From positions 1 to 41,610 of the IMG/VR virus record IMGVR_UViG_3300036798_000457: DNA of 41,610 nt; one strand, 5' to 3'. Source of the stretch: a virus. Lineage: Duplodnaviria; Caudoviricetes. The translations under genes and the position numbers were made by a program. The notes below the pieces were generated by a model. The model did no database searches and had not been told where the DNA came from. It saw nothing but the letters and a program-made list of their open reading frames with translations. Shown here in pieces: positions 1-8,949 of this stretch; the stretch's first letter is position 1, and the number at the start of each line of letters is the position of its first letter.

Positions 1-127
1 ATCCGTCAAAGCTGGCGCAAGGTCTGGCGCGTCTGGCGCCGAATGCCGATCCGGCAGACATCTACCAAGCGACCTCTGATCTTTTAAAGCTGTCGAGCGG
101 CAACAAGGCCGAGCAGCTGCAGGCGGC
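1..127. repeat. Terminal direct repeat, copy 1 (circular-assembly overlap)
   Basis: 1-127 is identical to 41484-41610; 127 is a common assembler k-mer; an ORF reads through the junction. Confidence 0.95.
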
Positions 128-590
128 TTATCTGGCAAAACTGATGGGGATCAACCTCCAGGTTCACGCTCGGCACGAGGATGTAGAGACACAGCAGGCT
201 GGTGCCGGCGTACGAACGGCGGCGGGCATTGCGGGCCGAAAAGAAGTTGCGGGGATGAACATTGCGGCACGCGGGCAGATTGCGGCAGCGAATCAAGAGA
301 TCAGGCGGGCGGCGAACGCGAATCTCAAGGACTACCGGGACCAGACCTTGAAAAATGCCGTTACGCGGCTGGCGCAACAGGCTGCGGCCCAAGGCAACAC
401 CACCGCGGGTCGCGCCATTTCGCAACAGCTTCGGGCCATTCAGATACAGCTGAATGCGATCAAGCCGGCAGATGGCGTCTCTTATAGCGATGAGCAGGTG
501 GCGCAACAGAAGCAGTTAGCCACGCAGGCGCAGCGGCTAGGCGACCAACTCGCCAATAGTCCCGACCAATCGGGTTCGGCAGAACAATGA
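3..590 (+). CDS. 3' part of junction-spanning internal virion/ejection protein (starts at 40697; 458 aa in total)
   Basis: In frame with ATG 40697 after removing the 127-bp overlap; Gln/Ala-rich; lies between two other ejection-type genes. Confidence 0.8.
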   Translation, partial: PSKLAQGLARLAPNADPADIYQATSDLLKLSSGNKAEQLQAAYLAKLMGINLQVHARHEDVETQQAGAGVRTAAGIAGRKEVAGMNIAARGQIAAANQEIRRAANANLKDYRDQTLKNAVTRLAQQAAAQGNTTAGRAISQQLRAIQIQLNAIKPADGVSYSDEQVAQQKQLATQAQRLGDQLANSPDQSGSAEQ

Positions 591-591
591 C

Positions 592-3500
592 ATGGTCGAG
601 CGGTACACCGATCAGCAACTTCTCGACGCGGGTTTTAATCCCGCACTGCTGCCCATCATCCGCCGGGAGAGCGGTGGGAAGAGCGTAGGCTGGGAGGGGC
701 TGCCGGGGTCACGGGATTACGCGCCCGGTGGCACCGACCTCTCTGGCTATCCGCTAAAGTCGACCGGGTTTCCTGCGTGGCCCGGCAAGGCTGGTCCGGA
801 GGGCAACTCCACGGCGGCGGGTGTCGCGCAGGTCGTGGGGTCGACATGGGATCCGATCGCCAGCAAGCTCGGCGTCACTGATTTCTCGCTGGAATCCCAA
901 GCCAAGGTCGCCAACGAGCTCTACCGCCAATCGGGAACATCGCCGTGGCGGGCGAGCGAGCCCGGCGACCGCTCGGGCCGGTCGATCTCGGGAGCGGCAC
1001 CCGGCGAGCAAACCGATGGTGGTCTCTATATCGGCCGGGTCGGGCTGGGTCGTGACGACCTCTCGACCGGCGGCGCGCTACTGCTCTCCAACCTTCTGAA
1101 AAACGCCTACCCCGAAGAAGCACAGTCAGCGACCGGCAATCCGCTCCTCGATGGCCTTATCAAGGCATCGTGGCCTGGCAACGAATCGGCAACGCCGCCA
1201 CCGCAAGCGACCGCGCAGCAGCCGCTGCCACAGGTCGCACCGCCGCCGTTGCCAACGACAGTGCCTGGGCTGCAGCCGGGTCCGCTGCCGCAGATGGCAC
1301 CGCCACAGCCGCTGCCGAGCGCACCGCCGATAGCGCCGCCGGCACCAATGCCGCAGCCAGCTCCGCAGGCCCCGCCGATGGCTCCGCCGCCGGCACCGAT
1401 GCCGAGCGTGACGCCAATGCCAGGGCAACCCTCGGTCCCGGCCCAGCCGATGCAACAGGCGGCAATGCCGCCGCCGATGGCGCCACCGCCACCGCAGCAA
1501 CCCTCGGCTCCACCTCAGCCGATGCAACTGGCGGGCGATGTGTTGGGGTTTGGTGGTGAGAGTGGCGATCAGATGGCTACTCGCCCCGGTCTATCTCCAG
1601 AGACTTGGCTGAAATTGCGGGGGTTGGACCCGGCAAATTTTGGGTATGACTTCCCGGCGAGGGTGCCGGTTATGCGGATGAAAAGGACTTATCCGCAGTT
1701 TCCAGCAAACGAGGCATCAAATGCCTCGACCGGCAACAGCCTGCTCAACAACCTGCTCAAGCAGATCAGTCCGATCGGCACGGCGCAGGCGGCTGAAGGG
1801 CCACCACAGGCCGCGCCAGGACCGGCTGCGCCACCGCCGACCGCCGCGACCGGCAACAAGCTGCTCGATGGTCTGCTCAAGTGGATCGGCCAAGGCGAGG
1901 CGGGCGAGCAGGAGCAGCAGAGCGCGGTCGCGGCACAGGCCACGCGCCCGATAGATCCGTTTTCGGCTGTGGGCGAAACCGCAGCGCAACTCGGAGACAT
2001 CTTTATCAAGCGCCCGCTTGAGGCGGGAGTGCGTGGTATTTCGGGGCAAGATGCACCCGGTACGCCCGAGGCCATCGAGGGCGCGATGGGCGCGGCCGCG
2101 CTGGCGATGCCCGGCAGCATCGGCAGGGGCGGATTGGGTGCGGGGCCGCGGTTTCCTCGCCGCGAGCCGCCGCCGATACGCGAGGGTGGGGCGGGGCCAG
2201 CACCTGCCGGGACGGCGCCGCCGGGAACGGTCCGGCTCTATCGCGGCATTGGCGGCGGCTCGGCCGGGACGGGTTCCGCAGAAGGCGGATGGTTTACCAC
2301 CGATCCGGCAAAGGCCGCGCTCTACGGCAAGGTTCACTCTGTTGATGTAACCCGCGATGAACTAAAGCATTTTGCGCAAGGTCATGGCGGTCCGGACGAG
2401 TTTGTTACCGACAACAAGGGCATCATCGGGCGCAGTCAGCCGGTGGCAGGGACGGCACCGCCAGCAGCTGCGGGAGCGGCGCCGCCTGTTAATGAAGGCA
2501 GCGTCAGGTTTTATTATGGATCACATACCGATCCGACAAGCGGGGGCGATCGATTTGCCACACCTTATCTCGACCGGGCGCGGAACTATCGCGCATACGG
2601 GGAGACCAACCCTGTCTACTATGTCGATGTAAAAAAAGGTGATCCCTGGGAAGTCAAGCAAAGACAATGGGATGAGATAGACGAGCAAGCCGGCACCAAC
2701 ATGGTTGGACGTTACCATGAAGGAGTTTTGCCGGAACGTTTAGCAAAGCAGTTTCGTCCGTTGGAAGCTACGGGTAGCGCGCCGCGCGGGCAAATCATCG
2801 GGGGGCCGAGACCACCGGAACCGCCTCCTGAACCTGCTAAACTGGACCCACCTCCCGGCACACCCTATCAGCCGCTCGATGACGATCTCTTTCGCGCGCA
2901 GCAGACCAGCGAAGCCGAGCGCCTCGAAGCGCAGAAGATCGCCGAGCAACTGCGCGATCACGGCATCACCCCCGCCGATCTAGAGGAGGCTTACCACATT
3001 CGCGAATCGCGGATGACCAAGCGTCCGCTGCCGGAAACCGAGAAATCCCGCCTGATCGAGCGGGTGCTCGCGCCGCTCGACAACAAGATCCTGCAGGACG
3101 CGCAGTGGATCTACGAGCACGCCCCGGACATCTACGGGTCGATGCGCGAGGCGCCACTGCGCACCGCCCAAGAGGGTCACGTCCACCGCAAGGTCGTCGG
3201 CAAGAACATCCCCGGCGAGCATCTCGATCCGTCCGAGGGCGACATCCTGACCCGTACCTTTCTTGGTCGCGGGTCATTGTCACGCCGTGCCTCGGGATTG
3301 ATGCGTCGTGAGCCGGTCTATCTGTGGGAGGACAATGCCGGCAATACACTCGGGCAATGGGGCAGGCTCGGTGAAAAGGGAGGAGCTGCCCGCTATGGCG
3401 AAACCCGCACCATCAATGGCACCAGATATACCGCGCGGCAGCCGACGACACGCGAGATCACCGGGCGCAATCCGGGCGGGCGGCAGTACATCGAAGACCT

Positions 3501-5010
3501 CGGGGCCAATACCATCGACAATGCGCTGCGCCTCGGGCGCGTCCGTCGCAACATCGAAATCCTCCAGAAATGGCGACCGATTCTTACCGAAGGCGGGTGG
3601 TTTATCCCCGAGGGGTCGCACACCCCGATCCCGCGCGGCTACAAGGACATTCTTGTCCCGCAACTACGGGGCAAGGCCGATCCGATGGTGGCCGACATCA
3701 TCAATGATGTCTTTAACGCCGGCGGCGACTGGCCGGAAATCCTCGACAAGATCAACCGCATCGGCGTCGGCTCGATGTTCTGGTTGCCGATCCGCCACCA
3801 GCTGAATGTCGCGGCGCATTATGCGATCGGTCGCGGGTTTGACTGGCTCTATCGCAATCCTAACCTGTTGCGCGCGACGACAGCGGTGCAGACGCTCGGA
3901 CCCGACTATATCCGCTACCTGAAAGCGGGGGCCGGGTTGCGCTACGCCTCGCCGCTCAACGAGAACTTCTACAACACGCTCCTCACCAAGCTGGGGCATG
4001 ACATCGTCAAGGATCCGGGATGGACCGGTGTTGCCAAGGCGCTCGGTTTTAACAGCGCACAGAAACTGGCCGAGTCGATCTATGGCTGGTCGCGCCGCGA
4101 ATTGTGGAAGGTCAATGATGTCTTTCTGACGGCGCGGATCATGGAGCTCGAGCGTGCTGGTAAGCCGCTACAGGAAGCCATCCGCATCGCCGAGCAGGAG
4201 ATCCCCAACTACCGACTGCCGACCAACAACCTAGCGCTCCGCAAGCTGATCAATTCGCCGCTCGTCGCCTTTGGCCGGTATGGCTATGGCCGCGCCAACG
4301 CTCTTGCCAGGACCGCAATTAACCTTGTTGGAACCAAGGCGACGGGCGAAGAACGGCTGCGCGCTTTAGGCCAAGCGGTGGGCCTCATCGTCATCGGCAC
4401 CGGCGGCTACACGCTGGCTAATCACGCTTTGCAAACAGCACAGAAGCAAGTCGGCGGCATGCTGCCCGAGAAGTGGCGCAAGCGCCTCCTCGGTGACAAG
4501 CCGTTGGAATTTGCCGAGACCGGGCCATTTGGCGTGACGCGGGAGGCCGCCCGCTACGGCATGTCTTTTCTGCCCAAGGGTGTTGCCAAGACCAAGATCC
4601 CGGGCACTAGCGAGACCCTTGGCAGCGTCATTGGTCTGGAGCCGGAAGCAGAAAGTTTCTCACGGGTGCTTGCTTCGCTCGTCACCCCCTCGCCCTTTGT
4701 CGAGCAGGCACTGCCGTATTTTACCGGGGGACGCAACCTCTTTACCGGACAGCAAATCCTCGATCCCCAGAAGCACCTGCCGGCGGAAAGCGTGCAATTT
4801 ATGGAGCAGATGGCGCGGCTAGTTAATCCGGTGGCAGCGGCACTCGATGCCGCGCGCAAGGGTCTTGTCCCCGCCATCGGTCCACAGTTCGGCGTCAAGC
4901 AGGAATACAAGGTGCCGCCAAAGATCGAAAAGATGCAGCGGCGCGGGGCCGCCAAGAGCACGGCAAAAGACCCGATCCAGTGGCGCGCCGACAAGCTGTT
5001 TGGCTACTGA
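592..5010 (+). CDS. Large internal virion (ejection) protein with N-terminal lysozyme/transglycosylase-like domain, Pro-rich linker and two ART-like domains
   Basis: 1472 aa; RESGG...STAAGVAQVVGSTW...DFSLESQ...PW lysozyme-superfamily pattern; RLYRG...WFTTDPAKAALY...DEFV and RFYYG...FATPYLDRARNY...HEGV; last structural gene of the late cluster. Confidence 0.75.
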   Translation: MVERYTDQQLLDAGFNPALLPIIRRESGGKSVGWEGLPGSRDYAPGGTDLSGYPLKSTGFPAWPGKAGPEGNSTAAGVAQVVGSTWDPIASKLGVTDFSLESQAKVANELYRQSGTSPWRASEPGDRSGRSISGAAPGEQTDGGLYIGRVGLGRDDLSTGGALLLSNLLKNAYPEEAQSATGNPLLDGLIKASWPGNESATPPPQATAQQPLPQVAPPPLPTTVPGLQPGPLPQMAPPQPLPSAPPIAPPAPMPQPAPQAPPMAPPPAPMPSVTPMPGQPSVPAQPMQQAAMPPPMAPPPPQQPSAPPQPMQLAGDVLGFGGESGDQMATRPGLSPETWLKLRGLDPANFGYDFPARVPVMRMKRTYPQFPANEASNASTGNSLLNNLLKQISPIGTAQAAEGPPQAAPGPAAPPPTAATGNKLLDGLLKWIGQGEAGEQEQQSAVAAQATRPIDPFSAVGETAAQLGDIFIKRPLEAGVRGISGQDAPGTPEAIEGAMGAAALAMPGSIGRGGLGAGPRFPRREPPPIREGGAGPAPAGTAPPGTVRLYRGIGGGSAGTGSAEGGWFTTDPAKAALYGKVHSVDVTRDELKHFAQGHGGPDEFVTDNKGIIGRSQPVAGTAPPAAAGAAPPVNEGSVRFYYGSHTDPTSGGDRFATPYLDRARNYRAYGETNPVYYVDVKKGDPWEVKQRQWDEIDEQAGTNMVGRYHEGVLPERLAKQFRPLEATGSAPRGQIIGGPRPPEPPPEPAKLDPPPGTPYQPLDDDLFRAQQTSEAERLEAQKIAEQLRDHGITPADLEEAYHIRESRMTKRPLPETEKSRLIERVLAPLDNKILQDAQWIYEHAPDIYGSMREAPLRTAQEGHVHRKVVGKNIPGEHLDPSEGDILTRTFLGRGSLSRRASGLMRREPVYLWEDNAGNTLGQWGRLGEKGGAARYGETRTINGTRYTARQPTTREITGRNPGGRQYIEDLGANTIDNALRLGRVRRNIEILQKWRPILTEGGWFIPEGSHTPIPRGYKDILVPQLRGKADPMVADIINDVFNAGGDWPEILDKINRIGVGSMFWLPIRHQLNVAAHYAIGRGFDWLYRNPNLLRATTAVQTLGPDYIRYLKAGAGLRYASPLNENFYNTLLTKLGHDIVKDPGWTGVAKALGFNSAQKLAESIYGWSRRELWKVNDVFLTARIMELERAGKPLQEAIRIAEQEIPNYRLPTNNLALRKLINSPLVAFGRYGYGRANALARTAINLVGTKATGEERLRALGQAVGLIVIGTGGYTLANHALQTAQKQVGGMLPEKWRKRLLGDKPLEFAETGPFGVTREAARYGMSFLPKGVAKTKIPGTSETLGSVIGLEPEAESFSRVLASLVTPSPFVEQALPYFTGGRNLFTGQQILDPQKHLPAESVQFMEQMARLVNPVAAALDAARKGLVPAIGPQFGVKQEYKVPPKIEKMQRRGAAKSTAKDPIQWRADKLFGY

Positions 5011-5038
5011 TTACGGATGCGAGCGAACGGGGGTCAAG

Positions 5039-5119
5039 ATCAAAACACTTTTTATAGAGCGCACCGCAGACGGGCTGCTCGACCTGGCGGTGCGCGCCAA
5101 GGCCCTGAAGCACGATTTA
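5039..5119 (+). pseudogene. Relic duplicated 5' end of the ATP-grasp gene
   Basis: Translates IKTLFIERTADGLLDLAVRAKALKHD versus MKVLFIEKTADGLLDLAIRAQAYGHE at 5540; the start position reads ATC instead of ATG. Confidence 0.85.
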
Positions 5120-5539
5120 CTGATGAAGATGGCGCCAGATTTGTTTGTTTTTGATTTTTATGACCAGCGTTTTGCTAACTTCATATTCGCGCGCAAGAGC
5201 GCGGCTGCTCTTGGCGCTGTGATAAATAACCAATGCTTGCTCGGGAGTTAGCACCGTCCAATGCCGCTCCTTACGCATCATATCCCAACTGTTGTCCTGT
5301 CCGCTTCCGATGAAGAGATGGTCTGGATTAACACACAAAGGTGTGTCGCATTCGTGGCAAACCCTCAACGATGGCGCGATAGGACCGCGATACAATTCGT
5401 AAGAAAAGCGATGGGCATAAACGCTTTTCTTGTTAACCCAGAACCGCCCATACCCATTGTGTGCTTTTCCTGTCCACAACCAACACCGTGGGCCAATGAT
5501 GACTTTTCCAAAGAATTTATCTGAGATGGAAGAGGTCAT
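5117..5539 (-). CDS. Free-standing HNH homing endonuclease with C-terminal HTH-like domain
   Basis: CWLWTG...GYGRF...AHRFSYE...CHECDTPLCVNPDHL motif; AT-rich; antisense to the late operon. Confidence 0.9.
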   Translation of the reverse strand: MTSSISDKFFGKVIIGPRCWLWTGKAHNGYGRFWVNKKSVYAHRFSYELYRGPIAPSLRVCHECDTPLCVNPDHLFIGSGQDNSWDMMRKERHWTVLTPEQALVIYHSAKSSRALAREYEVSKTLVIKIKNKQIWRHLHQ

Positions 5540-7825
5540 ATGAAGGTCCTATTTATAGAAAAAACCGCAGACGGTCTCTTGGATTTAGCTATTCGTGCGC
5601 AAGCTTATGGGCATGAAGCTATGTACTTCTTGCCTACATACGATCAATACAAAGCCCCTGTTGGCAGGGGCCTGGTCACCAGAGTGCCAAATTGGCGGGA
5701 TGCTGTCAATAAAGCGGATTTAATCATTTGCGGTGGAAACGACTATTGTGTTGCGGAGTTGGACCGCGTGCGTGCCAACGGCAAGCTGGTCGTCGGTTCG
5801 TGCGTCGAGGCCGAAACTTGGGAAAGTGACCGCGCGAAGGGCATGGCAGTATTTCGCGCCGCCGGGATCCCCGTCCCGCCCTACCGGTCGTTCACTGATT
5901 ATGACACCGCTATTGCCTACGTAAAAAAGCATGACCAGCCCTTTGTCTCAAAGCCCTCGGGACGGTGTGACGACAAGGCGATGTCCTATGTCGCCAAGAC
6001 CCCCGCCGATCTGGTGTACATGCTGCAGCGCTGGAAGCGCGCCGGCAAACGCATCGGTGAGGAATTTATCCTGCAGGAGAAGTTGCAGGGGATCGAATTC
6101 GCCGTTGGCGCGTGGTTTGGTCCGGGCGGTTTTGTCACCGAGTGGGAGGAGAATTTCGAGCACAAGAAGCTCTTTCCCGGTGATCTCGGACCCAACTGCT
6201 ATTCCGCTGATACTGAGGTGCTGACCGAAACGGGATGGAAATTCTGGCCCGACGTCGTGTCCTCCGACAAGATCGCCACACTCGTCAACGGCTATCTGAC
6301 ATTTGAAAAACCTTCTCAGCTTGTCGCCGCTCCCTTTAGGGGAGACATGATGTCGTGGCAATCGAATCGGGTCGATTTGATGGTTACGCCTGGTCATCAG
6401 ATGCACGTCACCGATCGAAACAGCGTTAGGGACGGCGAGCCTGAGTTTGGCTTTAAGCCGGCCCATGAGATTGTGGATTGCAAGATTGCCAAGAAATTTG
6501 CAGTGCTACGAACCGCCAGCTGGGCGGGGAACAAAACCATGTCCCCGGAAAAGGCGCGACTATTTGGCATGTTTATGGCCGATGGCTATGTCAAGCGGCG
6601 CTCAATTCAGTTTGGAAATTGCCCCGCGCACAAAGAGACGCTAATCCGCGCCGCCGCCCTTGCCTACGGCGTGACATGTCATCGCTACGGACCGGATATT
6701 TACATCAACAATGCCAGTTTGGCCTATGAATGGGCGTGGGTTCCCACGGCAACCGAGAAACGCGTCCCAGCAGAAATCATGAACGCTGAACCGCAGGTTA
6801 TCGCGGCGTTTCTTGAGGGGTTTGCACTTGACGCTTCCACCCGCGCTAATAACCGCATCTATACAACAGCCAGTCGTGGCATGGCTGACGACATCCAAGT
6901 TCTGCTGCTTAAGGTGGGGTTAGCAGGAAACATCAACGAGCGTGATCGCCGCGATGAGCCTGAAAGACTTTTGAAGGGTTATGTTGTTAAAGGTTCGTTG
7001 TCTTGGGATATCAGCGTCTCGTCAAATGCTCTGGCGTGGCTCAGACCGCGATATTGGCGGCCGGTTTGGTATGACGGTATGGTCTACTGCGCAACCGTTT
7101 CATCGCATGTTCTCTTTGTCCGCAGAAACGGCAAGGCCTGTTGGAACGGTCAGACCGGCGAGCTCGGCACCGTATCGCGCTGGGTGACAAAGTCGAAGCT
7201 CGCGGACAAGGTGTTGAAGCCTCTGGAGGTGTTTCTGCACCGCACCGGGTTTGTCGGCTGCATCGATGTCAGCGTCATCATCGACGAGGAGGGGACACCG
7301 TGGCCGCTGGAGTTCACCTCGCGCTGCGGCTGGCCGGCGTTTAATCTGGAGTGCGCCGCCTTCACCTGCGATCCGATTGAATTCATGCACGATTTAGCTG
7401 CGGGCAAGAACACAAAGAATGTTCATCAACTCGACGAAGTGGTTGTAGGCGTCGTGGTCGCATTGCCCGATTTCCCCTACTCCCACGCCACCCGGAAAGA
7501 GGTCGTTGGCGTGCCAATCTATGGTGTCACTCCCCAGCTGATGCCCCATCTGCACTTCGCCCAGGTCGCGATGGGCAACGCGCCCCAGGAAGCTGCCGTC
7601 AATCTCGAGGACGGCCCACTGCACGTGGCAGCCGGTGACTATGTCGTGATAGTATCCGGCACCGGCCCGACGGTGACTGCCGCGCGGCGCGGCGCTTACG
7701 GTCATGTGAAGCAGCTTTCCATGCCGGCTTCCCCTTTTTGGCGTATTGACGTGGGGCTTCGTCTGAAAAAGGAACTCCCAAAACTTCAGTCACTTGGATA
7801 TGCGACGGGGCTTTCTTTTACCTGA
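5540..7825 (+). CDS. PurD (GAR synthetase)-like ATP-grasp ligase, intein-interrupted (442 aa after splicing)
   Basis: WESDR..G...F..AGIPVPPY, PFVSKP, ILQEKLQGIE, EHKKLF.GDLGPN|TGELG (PurD GPNTGGMG loop), PLEFTSRCGWP. Confidence 0.8.
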   Translation: MKVLFIEKTADGLLDLAIRAQAYGHEAMYFLPTYDQYKAPVGRGLVTRVPNWRDAVNKADLIICGGNDYCVAELDRVRANGKLVVGSCVEAETWESDRAKGMAVFRAAGIPVPPYRSFTDYDTAIAYVKKHDQPFVSKPSGRCDDKAMSYVAKTPADLVYMLQRWKRAGKRIGEEFILQEKLQGIEFAVGAWFGPGGFVTEWEENFEHKKLFPGDLGPNCYSADTEVLTETGWKFWPDVVSSDKIATLVNGYLTFEKPSQLVAAPFRGDMMSWQSNRVDLMVTPGHQMHVTDRNSVRDGEPEFGFKPAHEIVDCKIAKKFAVLRTASWAGNKTMSPEKARLFGMFMADGYVKRRSIQFGNCPAHKETLIRAAALAYGVTCHRYGPDIYINNASLAYEWAWVPTATEKRVPAEIMNAEPQVIAAFLEGFALDASTRANNRIYTTASRGMADDIQVLLLKVGLAGNINERDRRDEPERLLKGYVVKGSLSWDISVSSNALAWLRPRYWRPVWYDGMVYCATVSSHVLFVRRNGKACWNGQTGELGTVSRWVTKSKLADKVLKPLEVFLHRTGFVGCIDVSVIIDEEGTPWPLEFTSRCGWPAFNLECAAFTCDPIEFMHDLAAGKNTKNVHQLDEVVVGVVVALPDFPYSHATRKEVVGVPIYGVTPQLMPHLHFAQVAMGNAPQEAAVNLEDGPLHVAAGDYVVIVSGTGPTVTAARRGAYGHVKQLSMPASPFWRIDVGLRLKKELPKLQSLGYATGLSFT
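6197..7153 (+). mobile_element. Intein (319 aa) with LAGLIDADG-type endonuclease region and C-terminal Gln
   Basis: Starts CYSADTEVLT..GW; block B VTPGHQM; LFGMFMADG and AFLEGFALDAS helices; ends VYCATV..HVLFVRRNGKACWNGQ|T; removal restores GPNTGELG. Confidence 0.9.
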
Positions 7826-7887
7826 TTTTTCCCAAGCCGCAGAGCGCAAGCGGTTACATGTCCTGCAGACTCGCTTCTGCGATTCTC

Positions 7888-8445
7888 TTAAATGGCATCT
7901 TGTTTCTCCGTCACTCCTATTGCTTCAGCCTCTTGCGCCGGCATGCCGATCACGTCCCGCAGATCGATGACGAGGGTGATTCGCGGTGTGGCGGCGAGAT
8001 TGATCGCGGCATGCCACAGCGAGGGGCGGGTCAGCACGACCTGACCCGGCTGCATCAGCCAGGGTTCAGGGGGGGACCAAAGATAAGCCTGAGGAGGACA
8101 GCGCACACCGACAAGGAGACGAAGGTGGCGCAGGCAATAAGGCCGTGTGTCCTGGCGCAGCGGTGCCGCCGCGCCGGGGTCGAGGAGCTCAAGATAAATC
8201 CGTCCTGGTAGAAGTCCCGGGCGTGCATCGAGAATCGTTCGGAGGATTGTATGCATTTCCGGCCAGCGGCCGGCGGGGCCTGTACGGCGATCGACAAAGG
8301 CACTGTCATCGTTCGGATCCCCATTCTTCTTCGGGCCGCGCAGCGGCAGGTGGCGAATGCCGGTTCCGGTGAAGAGCGGCATCCGCGACCTGAGCGAGGC
8401 GATCAGGTCATGCGGGTCGACCCAGCCGACCAGCTGAAAGTTCAT
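7888..8445 (-). CDS. Aspartyl/asparaginyl beta-hydroxylase-like 2OG-Fe(II) fold protein, first His apparently lost
   Basis: GRIYLELLDPG...RQD...MQPGQV...WHAAIN....RITLVIDLR matches the family layout; HxD reads RQD. Confidence 0.7.
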   Translation of the reverse strand: MNFQLVGWVDPHDLIASLRSRMPLFTGTGIRHLPLRGPKKNGDPNDDSAFVDRRTGPAGRWPEMHTILRTILDARPGLLPGRIYLELLDPGAAAPLRQDTRPYCLRHLRLLVGVRCPPQAYLWSPPEPWLMQPGQVVLTRPSLWHAAINLAATPRITLVIDLRDVIGMPAQEAEAIGVTEKQDAI

Positions 8446-8621
8446 TCGAGGTGCAGTTCAAAGCCGCACCGCGAGCAATGCGCGATGTTGTCGTCGATGA
8501 GTTCGACATAAGGGTCGCCCTGGCAGACGGGTTTTCCCTCGCTGTATGTCCACCAGGCGAGAACCTGCGCCTCGATTTCCTTGCAGCCGCAGCGCGGGCA
8601 TTCTTTTGGAACGTCAGGCAT
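8442..8621 (-). CDS. 59-aa zinc-ribbon protein (not in ORF track)
   Basis: MPDVPKECPRCGC...HCSRCGFELHLE; two CxxC pairs; overlaps both neighbours as in translational coupling. Confidence 0.75.
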   Translation of the reverse strand: MPDVPKECPRCGCKEIEAQVLAWWTYSEGKPVCQGDPYVELIDDNIAHCSRCGFELHLE

Positions 8622-8874
8622 AGTAAGCCGTCAAGCCGACGAGAGCGAACCAGCACAGACCGACAAAGCTAAGCGCGAGACGCCAAGCATTTTCGTCCTC
8701 GGGCAACCACCAGACAATGGGCAGCGAGAAGACCGGGACAGCAATCCATCCCGCCCACGCAAGGTTCAGCACGGGATGCCTATGCTGATCCCAGAAGGCT
8801 GGTGCCAACACCACGGTATAAAAGAGAGCGCCGCCAAGGATCTCTTTCCAGTGGGTGATAAACATTCGGCGCAT
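8614..8874 (-). CDS. Small multi-pass membrane protein
   Basis: 86 aa, three hydrophobic segments, GGGGAAAGGG leader. Confidence 0.65.
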   Translation of the reverse strand: MRRMFITHWKEILGGALFYTVVLAPAFWDQHRHPVLNLAWAGWIAVPVFSLPIVWWLPEDENAWRLALSFVGLCWFALVGLTAYYA

Positions 8875-8949
8875 TTGATGATCCCTTTCCCCACGGATGT
8901 CCCACGGATGCGAGGTGCGCCGGATAGTCCGCCGGCGCTCGGATCCGGG

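Noticed and set aside
1-127. Biological direct terminal repeat
   Set aside because: Length equals a common assembler k-mer and the repeat falls mid-gene; treated as a circularisation artefact
4847-5251. 134-aa + strand ORF as a real gene
   Set aside because: Chimera of an off-frame ejection-gene tail, the relic ATP-grasp start and antisense HNH sequence
5540-7825. Assigning the symbol purD (auxiliary metabolic gene)
   Set aside because: Fold motifs match, but the N-terminus lacks the PurD GxGGREH motif and no purine pathway context exists
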